DNA of 64,000 nt, from assembly GCA_012295275.1 (NCBI GenBank), contig CM022671.1, forward strand, positions 30,318,001 through 30,382,000, written 5' to 3'. Positions within the stretch are counted from its first letter, which is position 1. Each line of letters opens with the position of its first letter. This document shows, piece after piece, positions 35,638-61,417 of the stretch. The DNA is from Chrysomallon squamiferum. Its lineage: Eukaryota; Animalia; Mollusca. The notes beneath the pieces are model-generated. The model saw only the letters and a list, made by a program, of their open reading frames with translations. It made no database searches and was not told where the DNA came from. The translations under genes and the position numbers were made by a program.

Positions 35638-37761
35638 ATGTACAAAGACGCAAAATGTTCCTCCTACGTTTTGATACTGTTTTTTCATTCATATTCTTGC
35701 TTTGGATCAAATCTGAAAGAATCTTTCGCCACGGAATGTCCCAGTGAATGTCAATGTTTCAATCGAGAAAAAGCTGTTTGTGGTAAATACAGACATGGTC
35801 TAACATACGTCCCTGCATTGCCGGATTATATAACCAAACTCGTGTTGATAAATGCCAAGATTCCTGTAGTGAACAGATCGGTGCTGATGCCAGTTTCCAA
35901 CTGTACTTTACAATCTCTGTCACTTATCAATGATGGAATTCGAGAACTGTCGCCAAATACCTTCCACGATTTCCCCAAACTCAGAAAACTCGACCTAAGC
36001 GGAAACGTCATAACGGAAGTGTCGTTGAAAGAAGCGTTTCGATCTCTTGGAAGCGACTTGAAAACATTAATTCTGAACAACATGTCGATCAGATTTACTT
36101 CTGGCCTAACTGAAGCCCCTATCTTTCAGAACCTTACAGGATTCTCCTTTGAAGAAAATCTCGTTTCTATCTTAAATGAATCCATTTTAGCTGAAATGCC
36201 GTCATTATATTACTTGGATATGCGAAACAATCGAATAAACTCGTTTTCCTCAAGGAATCTCAGAAGAAACTTGAGAATCAGAATTATGAATCTGGCTGGG
36301 AACATGTTGTACGAGGTTCCCAATTTCTGCTGGTCTAATGGTTCTACTCGTTACGACGGACTTGAGATTCTGAATCTCGACTATAATGGTATTAGAATAA
36401 TAAACAAGTCATCTTTTTTATGTCTCGACAATCTTAAGAACCTGAGCCTAAGCGGAAACATGATTCGAGTGCTCGACGACAATACCTTTATCACTCTACC
36501 TAGATTAAAAGAACTCAAGTTAAATTATCTTCATCAGCTGAATTACATATCGGAGTTGGCATTCAAATCCAGTAGTCTTTCCATCCTGGAACTTTCTAAC
36601 AATCCAAAATTCAGAGACGAGTTATTTATTGATAATTTTCCTTTCGTTCACATCAAGAAATTAAAAAAATTGATTTTAATGAAGACGCGAATATATCTTT
36701 CGGATGATTCTTTCAAGAAAATGTTGCTGCAGCTGAAATTCATTGAAGTTCTAAATCTCCAGAAAACAGACATAAACAAAATACCTTCGAAAACTCTTTG
36801 CTTTCTACCCTTTCTAAACACATTAGACTTACAAGGGAATTACATGGCTAGCTGGCAAGACGACATGTTCGCCAACGTGACTAGTCTGAAATATCTTAAC
36901 CTCGACGGCAACCGTATCAGCGTTATCAACGAAACGTCATTTCCGATCGAGATGAGACGAAATGTCCGACGAATTAACCTTGGAAACAACGATTTCCTCT
37001 GCACGTGCGCGTTACTATGGTTTCGTGATTGGATGAAGCTGATGATGAAGAATCGGTCAATTGAATTTGTTAATTATCCTCAGCGTTATTACTGTAAGAA
37101 TCCCACGCACATTCGTCTTGACGAGTTCAACCCAACAGTCGAGTCCTGTCGAACTCTCAATCCTTACATTATAGCCGGTGCAGCTTCTGGAACGTTCTTC
37201 TTGGTGGTCATGATCGTCGTAGCCGTCGTATATTACAATCGTTGGAACATTCGATACCTATTTTATTCTAGAAGACGACGTGGGTATCAACAGCTGCCTG
37301 GCAGAGACATACAGATGGAATACGACGCGTTTGTTTCCTGCGCCAATGAGGACATGGACTGGATGATGAGCGAGATTAGTGACTTTCTGGAGAATGAAAA
37401 GCGTCTCAGTCTTTGCATTCATCAACGGAATTTCGAGGCTGGGAAACTTATTATTGATAACGTAATGGACTGCATGGAAAAAAGCAGGGCCGTCATCGTG
37501 ATAGTATCTAATCATTTTGTGAAAAGCAAATGGTGCACGTGGGAATTAAAATTCGCACTGCGTCTGCACATAGAGACAGAAAAACACATTGTTGTAGTCA
37601 TTCGTGAACCGGTTTTCAGAAGGAACATGACTCGGCCGATGAAAGCTTTATTTGAAACCACTACCTACATAGAGTGGGCAGAAAATGATGCTGCTGAAAG
37701 ACTTTTCAGGAGTCAGCTGGCAAATGCTATGGGATGTGAAAATCATGATACAATTAATTAA
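35638..37761 (+). CDS. TLR-D: intact Toll-like receptor, 707 aa, with a signal peptide read in a different frame
   Basis: Uninterrupted LRR-TM-TIR ORF highly similar to TLR-C. Its N-terminus MYKDAKCSSYVLILFFHSYSCFG starts from an upstream ATG because of a 5-nt (ttctt) indel relative to B/C. Confidence 0.92.
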   Translation: MYKDAKCSSYVLILFFHSYSCFGSNLKESFATECPSECQCFNREKAVCGKYRHGLTYVPALPDYITKLVLINAKIPVVNRSVLMPVSNCTLQSLSLINDGIRELSPNTFHDFPKLRKLDLSGNVITEVSLKEAFRSLGSDLKTLILNNMSIRFTSGLTEAPIFQNLTGFSFEENLVSILNESILAEMPSLYYLDMRNNRINSFSSRNLRRNLRIRIMNLAGNMLYEVPNFCWSNGSTRYDGLEILNLDYNGIRIINKSSFLCLDNLKNLSLSGNMIRVLDDNTFITLPRLKELKLNYLHQLNYISELAFKSSSLSILELSNNPKFRDELFIDNFPFVHIKKLKKLILMKTRIYLSDDSFKKMLLQLKFIEVLNLQKTDINKIPSKTLCFLPFLNTLDLQGNYMASWQDDMFANVTSLKYLNLDGNRISVINETSFPIEMRRNVRRINLGNNDFLCTCALLWFRDWMKLMMKNRSIEFVNYPQRYYCKNPTHIRLDEFNPTVESCRTLNPYIIAGAASGTFFLVVMIVVAVVYYNRWNIRYLFYSRRRRGYQQLPGRDIQMEYDAFVSCANEDMDWMMSEISDFLENEKRLSLCIHQRNFEAGKLIIDNVMDCMEKSRAVIVIVSNHFVKSKWCTWELKFALRLHIETEKHIVVVIREPVFRRNMTRPMKALFETTTYIEWAENDAAERLFRSQLANAMGCENHDTIN

Positions 37762-39096
37762 CGGCGTTTGCAATATAAGGATGTGGTTATGAAAGATGTG
37801 TACTGTAATGAAACTTTATCGTACAGTTTGAACACGAAAGTCAACAACAAGCAATCCAAATAACAAAGTAAGACTAATAATAGGATAATTAAGAAGATGG
37901 CGAAGATGGGGAAGAAAAGGAAGTAGAAGAAAAATCGTACAGTTATTGGAAATCATTAAAAACTTTAAAATACTAATATTTTGAAACCAATGGCACGTTT
38001 TATATTGAAATACAAAAATGTGTAGAATGCGGAAAGCAAGGTTTGTCTGTTTGTGTTACATCAACACTATCCTAAATATTCTAATAATAATAATAATAAT
38101 AATAATAATAGCTTGTACTGTATGAAACCCTAATTTCAAAAATATTTGAAAATACAAATATTGTTTCATCATTATTCATGTGGGTTTTTCGTTATGGTTC
38201 TTGTTGTTTTCCTTTGTATTTTTTTTTTTCTTCATTTCTGGATTTTAGAATATTATAATTAGTTTTAGAATTGCGAAAATAAATCTCGTTTGCTGATGAT
38301 GTCTTTTTTTTTTACTTCTGTTTCTTAAACATAGGCTGTACTTAAATGTTTTTAAATTAATATCATATCTGTTACCATCATTAATACCAACAACAACAAT
38401 AAGGTCTTTGAAATAAATGCAGTTTTATTTCATATTTTAAAGGACAGATTAACCCTTGTTACACCGTAATAACAGTAAGCATTTCCAAATAATTGACACA
38501 GCAATATAACCATAGACACTGATTAACTGTTGTGTGTGTTGGATTATATTTTCTTTTCAATTTTCAACAGTAAGCATAGTTTGCTACTAAATATGTATAC
38601 TAAAAGAATTGAAAAAGAACCTAAATACATGATGCACTCTGATTATTTTCTAACCTGTGATAATAATAAAGTATGGTAATAATTTAAGTAGTCTGCGAAG
38701 ATCAACGATACCGTCAATTTTTACTTTGTATCTCCTCTGTTCTAAAGATATTGCAGTTTAATAATAAAAATGTTAAGATTTAAGAACAAATAAAATAAAT
38801 TTTATTAACTCCCTAATCACATCAAAACAACCGAAAACAAAAAATAAAACAATCATTTTGACGTTTGATAAAATAGCTCGGAATTACCTACTCATTGCCT
38901 TCATTCCTTTGAACCTTTATCTCAAGACTCCTGTGTACGTTTTAGAAATTGTTCTATTTAGAATTTAAACATTTATGGACATTTTTACAGCATACAAAAT
39001 AGTATTTAGGCTATTACTTTTGTGCAAACTATCTCAAGTTCACTTTATTTTTTATTTTATTTTTATTTTTAATCAGGGACTTGAAATATGGATGTT

Positions 39097-51718
<12,622 letters not shown>

Positions 51719-52730
51719 TTTTCGTCAACTGAATGTCTTGGAACTGTTATTACGAATGCATTAATGTCGGCGGTACACCAGGACATCAGGTGTACAAAAA
51801 AAAAAAAAAAAAAAGAAAGATAAGATGTCGGAAGATTCCCATCTGTTTTGCCTTTAAATAGGCCAAAACAACAAACGTCTCGAACGAATGATGATACGCC
51901 ATTGTTGATAAAGGTCTGTCAATATGTTAAGTCGTTATACCTGAAAAAAGTCGCGTAACAGATTAAAACGTTACTCAACAAATGATGTGTTGTTTTAAGA
52001 AATGTTTTTAATTTGTATCTTTATTACAGTAAACAAGAGCAGCAGTGTTTATTTGAAGGTCGAATATTCTAAAAGAGTATTTGTTACCAGCTGTTGTATA
52101 ACATGAGTTAGCTCTAATACTGATGGGTTCTTGGATGAAGTCTCGATCTTGGCTTTATATTCACAAACAGCTGGGTGGGAGGGGACTCTAACATTTTCTC
52201 TTTAATCAAAGTCCAGTGCGCAGGCTTCAAAAATAGTTCAGATTTGAAATGTTTCAATAGATGGAAACGAGTTTTAAATAATGTTTGACTGACTGACTGA
52301 TTGACTGATTTCTTCACCTTGTTTTACTTTCTATGGTATTTATTTATTTATTTATTTATTTATTTTGTATTTTATTCAGGTTTTTTAAATTCTTATATAT
52401 TTATTTATTTGTCACTGTATCATAATTCAGTTGTCACATGATTACGAATTATTTATTTCATATTAGACATGACTGCGTAAACGATTTGAGAAAATTGAAT
52501 TACTGCACCTATACTTCTTACATATTATATTAATGGTTCATAGATAACAGTCTTACAGTGATACAATTTCTGAAGTAAATTCAGAACATTTTATTACTAC
52601 TGATTTTCGGCAATGTATTTTCATACGCACTTTCCCGTGTCAGAAAACCATAGGCTTTGATTAATCAGTCGTGCAGCTTGGCTGAAATATAAAATAATTC
52701 ATAGACTCCGTCTGATGCAACAGTCAGAAT

Positions 52731-53850
52731 GTTTATAATACAGACAGCGCCATTGCAGTCACCTATAAATTAGAATAGATCCTTGTACTGGCGTTACATT
52801 TATTCTCAATGGAAACCGAATCCAGAAAGTGGATTCCACATTTGTTGCATCAATGACAAATTAAACAGTAAGAAACAGTAGAACTTTTTTATTTTGTTTT
52901 ATTGATTGCATTTGTTATGTGACATCTTAATAATAATAATAATAATTTTTTTTTTTTAAATCGAAAGTCAATAAGGCGTGTCAAAATTACGGAAACTTCT
53001 TCAAGAACGTTAAAAGTGTATTTAAATGTATGTGGCACTATTTCTTTATAATCTCGGGCGTTTATAAGTACTCGTCCAAACTGTCATTATACTATAATCA
53101 GGTGTTGAAACATGCATGTAAGAACGTATTTTCCATTGTGATGTTTTGATTACACCTGCAGTTATGTAAACTGTATTCAAATAAGTGTACCGGTATTTTG
53201 TAGTTTAATGTTTAACGGTTAGCCGCTGTTTTCTTTCTTTTTGTTTTTTTTTTTTTTTTTTTTTTTTTTACGGAACCGAATCAAACAGTAGTTAGTTTGT
53301 GCGTATCTCTGTAAATGCATTTTATGTGTGTATATTCGAATGTGTCTGGATGTGCGTGCGTGAATGTATGTATTTGTATGTTTGTCCTTGTATATGTGTT
53401 ACGATATATAATTATATTTCATGAATTCTTTTTCAGTTAACGATGGGTGATCGTAATTAGGTAAAAGTAATCATTTGGACACGTGTGACCAGCAAAATAA
53501 ATAAATAAATAAATAAAAGAATTATTACGATATAATTCATTGTTGTTGTTGTTGTTTAGTGAAATGTTTACTAACTGATAACTTGATTACGATAACAGAA
53601 GTAAAACACTAAGTTATCGTATGACGCAAAACATGAGTTATCATACGACCCCAAAACGTGAATTAACATACGACCCCAAAACGTGATAATATTTGTCTCT
53701 ATTTTATTGTTCCTTACAGTTTGATTTGTCATTGATGCAACATTATTTTACGCAGCCAACATGCTCAAACGTCGAATCCAATTTCCTGGATTCGGTTTCC
53801 ACTCAGAATTAATATAACGCTAGTACATGGTGTCGTCTGTATTATAAAAC
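52731..53850. mobile_element. Foldback/MITE-like element with ~150-bp imperfect terminal inverted repeats
   Basis: 52731-52885 (gtttataatacagac...tgtactggcgttacatttattctcaatggaaaccgaatccag...tgttgcatcaatgacaaattaaacagtaagaaaca) is the reverse complement of 53701-53850. The interior is non-coding and carries a ~26-bp tandem repeat at ~53600-53686. Confidence 0.65.
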
Positions 53851-54733
53851 AAAACGTTAACAAAAAAATTAAAATGCTCATCGTCATCAGAAAGAATTTT
53901 CATTGTTATACGTATCTTGATTTTAGAATACGTAAGTGAAGCATATTGTGTTGGCCAGTTATTTTTATCTATTACAATTTAAAAGATATTCGATTTTAGT
54001 TCTATTTTTACTGTTCGAAGCGTATTTTGAAACTGTCGTAACCCAAGTGGGATAACTTGTTTCCAGGTGTTCTTTTCTCTTTGATTATCTTCAGTCCAGG
54101 TGTTAGATGCCATAGCCAGTTTTGAAGGTGTTTTTTTATTCTTATTACTGAAACGGAAAACAATGCTAATAAACACAAATGTGTTATCGACATATCACTG
54201 AAGTCCGTACGACATAACAATACCTGACGACAGATAATATCTGCCTGGTGGTTAATATCTATTAACGCTTCGCTATTATAATTAACGATCAAGAACAGAC
54301 ATTACAATAGGTTCTCGTAATTAGGCAGAACAGTTGGTAAATCCGTCACACTCTGATTTATGAAAGATATTAGGAAATAGAAAGGATTTTCCGATATTGA
54401 CTCTCAGAAATTTAAAGTATTCCATATGTACACATTTCTCAGGTATACACCGAACATGTTCGTTAACTGAAATATTCTTTGCTTAGAATAATACTTCATC
54501 TCTTTTGATAAGAAACATTAACTGTTTTCGAAATTTCTGAGTTTGTTTTAACGGCTGAAACAATATTACCATATATCTTTCATTGACGATTTTGCTCAAA
54601 TGAAACGTTATACTGTATGGCTATAAAAACAAAAAAACATATATTGAAAATTATATACATATATCGATACGTCAAAAGAATTCTGTTGTGAACAAGAATT
54701 TATTTTTATAAAGTACTGAAGAAAATCAGTAAA

Positions 54734-55724
54734 ATGAACAGCAGTGTTTCTGCAGACATCACAGCTGGTACTGACAACATGATATTCGGGACAATAAATA
54801 TTCTGCTGGGTCTGGCCACAGTTCTTGGAAATGGCGTGATGATCATTGCTTTCTTAAAAACGAAAACATTACAGTCGTGTGCTGGTTTTCTCGTTCTAAA
54901 CATGGCCTTCGCAGACCTGTTCGTTGGTTTAGTCATTTTGACATCGGTGACTCCATCCAGTTTTTAAACTTCTTCCCCTTTTCCGGGTACGTGAGATACG
55001 GAATTACGTTCATTTCCGTCACTGTTTCTTACATGGTTATTTATTCTCTCAGCCTAGTTTCTGTAGACAGATGGATAGCAGTGACAAAGCCGGACTTGTA
55101 CACGTTGATTGTAACACGCAAAACAGTTACCATTTACATAGCCGGGTTTTGGTGTCTTGCTACTGTCAATGCTGGATTAGGTTTTATTTCCCCCGCTGCT
55201 ACACTTTCTCAGACAAGAGCTTTTCTCTGGAGTTATGTCGCTTGAACTGTTGGCGTTATTCGATTTACATTTATTCCAGTGTCCATTTGTTCCATCTGAT
55301 CGTTGTGCTGTTCTGTTGCGTGTGTATCGTGAGTGAAATAAGGAAAAAACGAAGAGTTATTGTCACGGCTTTTGGACAGAGCAAGCTGCTGCCATATTTG
55401 AAACAACAAGTCAACTTTTCCAAAATTTTAGTCATCATTTTAATAATTTTTGTCCTAAGTACATATCCATATATGTTGTACATCCTCCTGTGTGAAAAGG
55501 ATGGTGTTAGCCGCTACGTTACTTTCGCTGGAACAGCTCTGACGCATTCTAACAGTCTGATACACGTTGTGGTGTACATGCTCCTAGCAACACCAGTTCG
55601 TAGAGCAATGTTCGCTTTATTTCGAAGAGAAAAGACTAGAAGCAGTAAGAACAAATTTGATCTATTTATTGTATCGCCATCATTGTATCGACGGAGGAGT
55701 ATGGAATCTACGTTTAACAGTTAG
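54734..55724 (+). pseudogene. Intronless class A (rhodopsin-like) GPCR split by two -1 frameshifts; pseudogene or assembly error
   Basis: Three overlapping frames: TM1-2 (GNGVMIIAF, LNMAFADLFVG), TM3-4 (SLVSVDRWIAV, GFW) and TM5-7 (IFVLSTYPY, HSNSLIHVVVY). Restoring 2 nt gives ~330 aa. Confidence 0.8.
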
Positions 55725-55804
55725 TGCATTCAGACTCCCGGATTATTATTATTATATACTGAATGACAGTTGTAAAGTTAATTTACTGTCCTTGTTGTTG
55801 TTGC

Positions 55805-55865
<61 letters not shown>

Positions 55866-56399
55866 TATTGTATTTATTTATTTATTTATTTATTTATTTT
55901 ATTTTATTTTATTCTATTATTTACTTTTGATTGCTTTCTGTTTCCAAAGTTTATGATCTTTCATAGGTTATTATTATTATTGTTGTTGTTTGTGTATGAA
56001 CATTTTGAAAATAATAATAATTATTATTATAATTAAAATTTGTTCTGGGGTATTCAGTATGCCTTTAACGAGGTTTTTATTGTTGTTGTTGCTGCTGTTA
56101 TATTCTAGATATTAAAACTGTAGATGTTATAGAATATTTTGATAATTTTGTATGTTTTTAGGATTACCATGTTATTTTTAGGAGAAAAGACCCCAACAAC
56201 TGTCTAATTTCGAAAACTACGAAACACTCTGAATCGTGTATTAACTGCGACTGTTTCTTATTTAAGTATTAATTAATAATTGGTTGATATAGTTAATCCT
56301 GTTTAAATAAGTCGAAGTAATATTGTTACAAATTTATTGGTTATTATCAAAATTGCTAAGACAATGAAAAATGCTGGACGAGAAAAGGTTGTAAAAACA

Positions 56400-56408
56400 A
56401 CTTCCGGA
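56400..56408. promoter_or_regulatory. ETS/GABP-type motif (ACTTCCGG) upstream of the TOMM6-like gene
   Basis: acttccgga lies ~40 nt before the ATG at 56442. The motif is common at housekeeping and mitochondrial gene promoters. Confidence 0.4.
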
Positions 56409-56441
56409 GGAAAACACGTTAAAAAACGAAAAACAAAAAGC

Positions 56442-57281
56442 ATGGCTAGCGTATTTACTGTTGCTGTCAATTTTGGCAAAAGTTTGTGGGCAGATCCCTT
56501 CAGATGGTTAGTATAATTTGTTATATGATTTTTAAAATATATTTATTTACATTGTGGCTGGTTGTGTGTTACATATAGTCAGTGGATTGTAGTGAAAAAT
56601 GAAATTTGATTTACTCAGTTACTGAAGTTACTCGAGTCGTCAACTCGAAGTAACTTAGTAAGTATACTAAAATAGTGGTTACTATCCGTGACTGATTACG
56701 TGATAGATTCTTTGAAAGGGATTCAGCTGGACAGTCACCCATTAATGCAGTCTATATGAGAGTAGGTGAATTGCTACATACCTTCTCTATGTTGGATTCG
56801 ATCACTGTTTGTTACGCTATAACTTTTCAAGCACATTACATCATACAATGATACATGGATGATGGATATAAATTTTGCCACCGGTAGACCGTAGACTCAA
56901 GATTGAGTGGTTACTACAAGACAAGTCAATAGAAAGTTCTGCCCAGTAAACGATTAAAATGAAGATATTTCCACAACAAAATTTTTATATTAATTTTTAA
57001 ATATCATTTTCTACATCTGATGATCTATATAATAATGAATTACTAATGGATAACGTTCGTTGATAGAAGTCATGAAATAAACATTAAAAGAAACAATTCT
57101 TCAGTTGTTATTCAGTTTATTAAAACGTAATTCTTTAACCTTCACGTGAGTGATTAATTATTATTTTTATTTTTTTATTTCCAGGCAGCTTGTGAAAAGT
57201 GTTACATTATTTGCTGGTGCTATTTATGTTGCAAGGGAAATCGCTGCATTTGATGCTTCAATAGATACACCAAATCCTTAG
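56442..57281 (+). CDS. TOMM6: TOMM6-like mitochondrial import receptor small subunit, 53 aa, two exons
   Basis: Exon 56442-56506 (TG|GTTAGT) plus exon 57185-57281 (ttttatttccAG|G) gives MASVFTVAVNFGKSLWADPFRWQLVKSVTLFAGAIYVAREIAAFDASIDTPNP*. It resembles vertebrate TOMM6 (DFRRNLILNLGLFAAGVWLARNL..D). AATAAA at ~57549. Confidence 0.75.
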
Positions 57282-59092
57282 GATAATTTATAAATCAGAG
57301 GTGATTGTAACAAGATTTAGAATATTATTTAAACTGGTAATATATATTTCTTAGAAAAGAAAAACAACTTCTGCTAATACATGTATTGATATCATAATCA
57401 GTGTTGCATGTTTTGAGAAACTATCAGTTTACCTATGAGAAATCCTGCTGGTACATCTCAATATTTCTTTCAGTTCTGTCAGAATATATAACAGTTTGTA
57501 AACAGTTGTATTTTAAAAAAAAATTATTTGTGCAAATGTCATATATTAAATAAAAAATTTATAAAATATATATCCATATAAATTATGAAATGAGCACTAA
57601 TTTTTTTTTTAATTTTTTTTTTTTAAGACAGAGCATGTGTTGATTCCAGAGATGCCACAGTGCAGATTGTGGACAATTTTACAGGAAGAAACAGTATTTG
57701 TAGTGACAGTTATGGAATAAATTATGACATTTTTTACAACACGTCTTTTTTTTTTTTTTTTAATACTGAATTATTGGAGGCCAGAATATTGATTAATTTA
57801 AATATTAATATAAATCAGCTAAATGCTGTTGGGGGAAGAGTGTTATTTCAATTTTATTTTTTAGCTGTAATGTTTTACAAAACATTCAAAAACATCAGCA
57901 ATCTTACCTCACTGTCCTGAAAAAAAAAACATTTTTAAATCCTCAGTAGGCTTTTTTTTCTTCTTTTTAACAAAACATAAATCAACTGCATACGTCTTTC
58001 ACATCTGCAGATGTTAGGAAGTGAAATAAAAACATAAGAAAAATAATTCAGTTTTTTTATTATTATAACAAAAATTGAAATTATAAAAACATATTTTGCA
58101 TTGTTTATTAACTTTACAGTTTTGATTTTAAAAATGATAATTAAATAAGCAAGAAATAACATAAAATATAAATACATAAATATTTTCATTATACATTACA
58201 AAGTGGTACTTGTTTTGCTACTTGCCATTCCTTATGTTATATAACAAGATTATCAAAAAGAACAGTAATAAAATTTGTAGTATTACAAATTATTAATGCA
58301 TTGGAGGACAAAATTACATGACACATTATCGAAAATATCACAGTATGTTAAAAACATATCCCTCAAAATATTGCACTATAATAAAACAAAATAACAATTC
58401 ATTTTGCCTGCATGTAAGCACAAATTTGACTGGTTGCACTAAGAAGCACAGATCATTAAGATCTGGAATAAAAATTATTTAATTTAGTTTCTGTTACTTT
58501 TAGAACTTGTATTTTAGATTATAAATTTATTTTCATTTTAAATGCTAATATTTTTATCTTCGACTTGTTTACTAATCCTGCATTCTTGGTAAAAAAATTT
58601 TTACTAAAACATTATTTCATGTGATAAAATAATTTGTCGGATACCTGACAAAAATACAACCTTCAAACACTAACTATTGACTTTCAAAATACGCTGTCAC
58701 TCAATTATGAATCATCATAAAACAATAAGATATTGTATATTTTCAATTTTCTGAACAACAACAAATAAAACACTGCATAAACTTGTGCAGACAGATTACT
58801 ACAAAAATATATGCATTTTTTTATTATTATTATTGTTGTTGTTGTTTTTAAAAAGAATTTCTTAAATTAACCAAGATTTATTTTGACTAATATATAATTC
58901 AGATTATTTTAATTTAGAATGTTGTTTTGAGGAGGGGCCTTTGTACACAAAACAAACAAGACAAATAATTATTACAGTGGAAGTATGACATTTTTGTAGG
59001 CAAACACTGGTAAATGTAAATAGCCCCCATATAAATAAATATGTAACTTATTTGCATATTTAAATATATGTATGTATGTGTATATGTGTGTG

Positions 59093-59130
<38 letters not shown>

Positions 59131-60121
59131 TGCATATTTAAATACCAGATATTGTAGGTGATTAAAAAAACAATTATTTTAATATTTAAACAACAAATAC
59201 CTCTATTTAAAAAAAATAAAATCAGCAAATCTTATATGCATACATACAATGATACAGCATTTAAATGTATACATCATAAAGAATTGCAACAAAATGTGAA
59301 AATACACATATATATATATTACTAAGAATTGCAATAAATGCATATTATTAATTCCTATTTTAGAACAATTACTTATTTCACAATAACCCCAATATCTTTT
59401 AAACATAAAAAATTTCATTGTTCACCAGGCAAACAAATTAACAATAATATGCTTCAATTAGAAAAAACATGAAAAGATAATAACCACACACACCTTTATA
59501 GATATAGATATAGATATATATAGATATAGGTATAGATACGATATATACAGACACACACACATATATATGAAAAAGCAATACGTTACTGAGATCAAGATTT
59601 AACAATTTAATCTGTATTTCATAAGTGTTAAAACAATTTGATACAACACCACGATGGAAAATGAACTTTTCTGTACATCAACAAAATAAAAACTATTTTA
59701 AAAATTAATGAATGTTTGTTTTTTCTCAAAACAGAAACAGTTATTTACAACACTGAAATGAAATAATAAATCAGTCAGTAAAAAGTACTTCACAAGATAA
59801 AAATATTCAGTTGTTCATTTGGATGAAAAATGGAGAAAAACAATGAAAAAAAATCACAAGATGAAATAACAATTTTAGACAGTGAAAAATTAACAGTTCT
59901 GTAATAAAATTGCCAAAATAAAATAAACAGTTCCATGATCCACTTAGGTGTCAATACATTATTTTTAATATCTGTATTTTCTTTTTGTTCTTCTGCATTA
60001 TGAAAGACATGCCAAGACTTCCAGTCATGTTAATACACACACAGACACACAGAAATATTTTATATTCTTTTGTTTTGTTGGTGTTTTTGTTTTTGCATTT
60101 ATTGGAGGTTTTTTTTTCTTA

Positions 60122-60334
60122 TTATTGTGAATGCTCAATTCTGTGAGCCAGTTCCTGACGTTTTTTTGCATCTTCCTTGAAATTTTTCACCAGCTGAGGA
60201 AAATCAGCATCCCACAATGCAACACACCCATATCTTGAAACTGATTGAAAACAAAAAATATAAAAACAAACTGAATTTTGAATTAGCCATTAGACTGCAT
60301 ATTATAATCATTGTGTATTTATTATTGTTGTTAT

Positions 60335-60365
<31 letters not shown>

Positions 60366-60400
60366 ACTGCTACTATTACTACTAATACTACTACTGATTC

Positions 60401-60437
<37 letters not shown>

Positions 60438-61339
60438 TTAATCATAAAATGATAAATCAACAGCATGACACTTTATGTAGTATAAAAATTATTTTTTAAA
60501 AGCCAAACAGTAAGAACATGCAGACTCACCAACACATACTCATAATCATTCTAAAACAAATAATACTTTATTATTCTTTTAAAACATCCAAAGGATATTA
60601 ATATTAATATAATATTAGTTGTTTTTTTGTTGTTTTTTTTACCAGTTTCCAGCAGAATATTCAAACCCAGTTTTATTTTGATATTTTTTTTTCTTTATGT
60701 TATAAAAATTTAAAATTTTATTATAATACTTATATTGTTTAAAAATCATCTATCAACAGCTGAAGAATTAAACTATTTAAATTATTTCCTCTGTTATCAT
60801 TTTCTTCTTAAATCATGATAACCAATATAGTGATAAAATAATACTGAAAATATTTATTGTGTAATTTGTAATTGCAGAACAGATGTTTATTTAATTTAAT
60901 TTCTTTTTTTCATTTTTTTACCTTTTTCCTCAAGAGGAAGATTTCTGAAACCAAGTCCACAGCTAAGAACTACTGAAGTACAAGAACAATCTAGAAGAAA
61001 AAAATATATATATTTATTTATTTATTTATTTATTTATTTATCTATATCTAGTCTGCTGAATTTCTTAAATGTTTTTTTTCTGTCTTTTTTAAATTTCTTC
61101 TAACATCAGTTAAGTTCACTTTCATTATTATAATTATCAACATCAACATCATTAACATCATCATTAGAAGCAGTAACCTTATTCTGAAAGTTATTTCAGG
61201 AAAACCAGCTTAAGTAATTGTTTATCTCGTTATGTTTTTTAATTAATTAATTAATTATTATTATTATTATTTAGTTAATTAGCTTATTTTTTAAATTTTC
61301 AAATTTAGTATTTAGTCAGTTTATTTTTCATTCTTATAT

Positions 61340-61370
<31 letters not shown>

Positions 61371-61373
61371 TTA

Positions 61374-61417
<44 letters not shown>

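Noticed and set aside
54955-54970. tttaaac as a programmed -1 frameshift site in the GPCR
   Set aside because: The heptamer is not in the required X XXY YYZ phase of the upstream ORF, and a second frameshift would still be needed.
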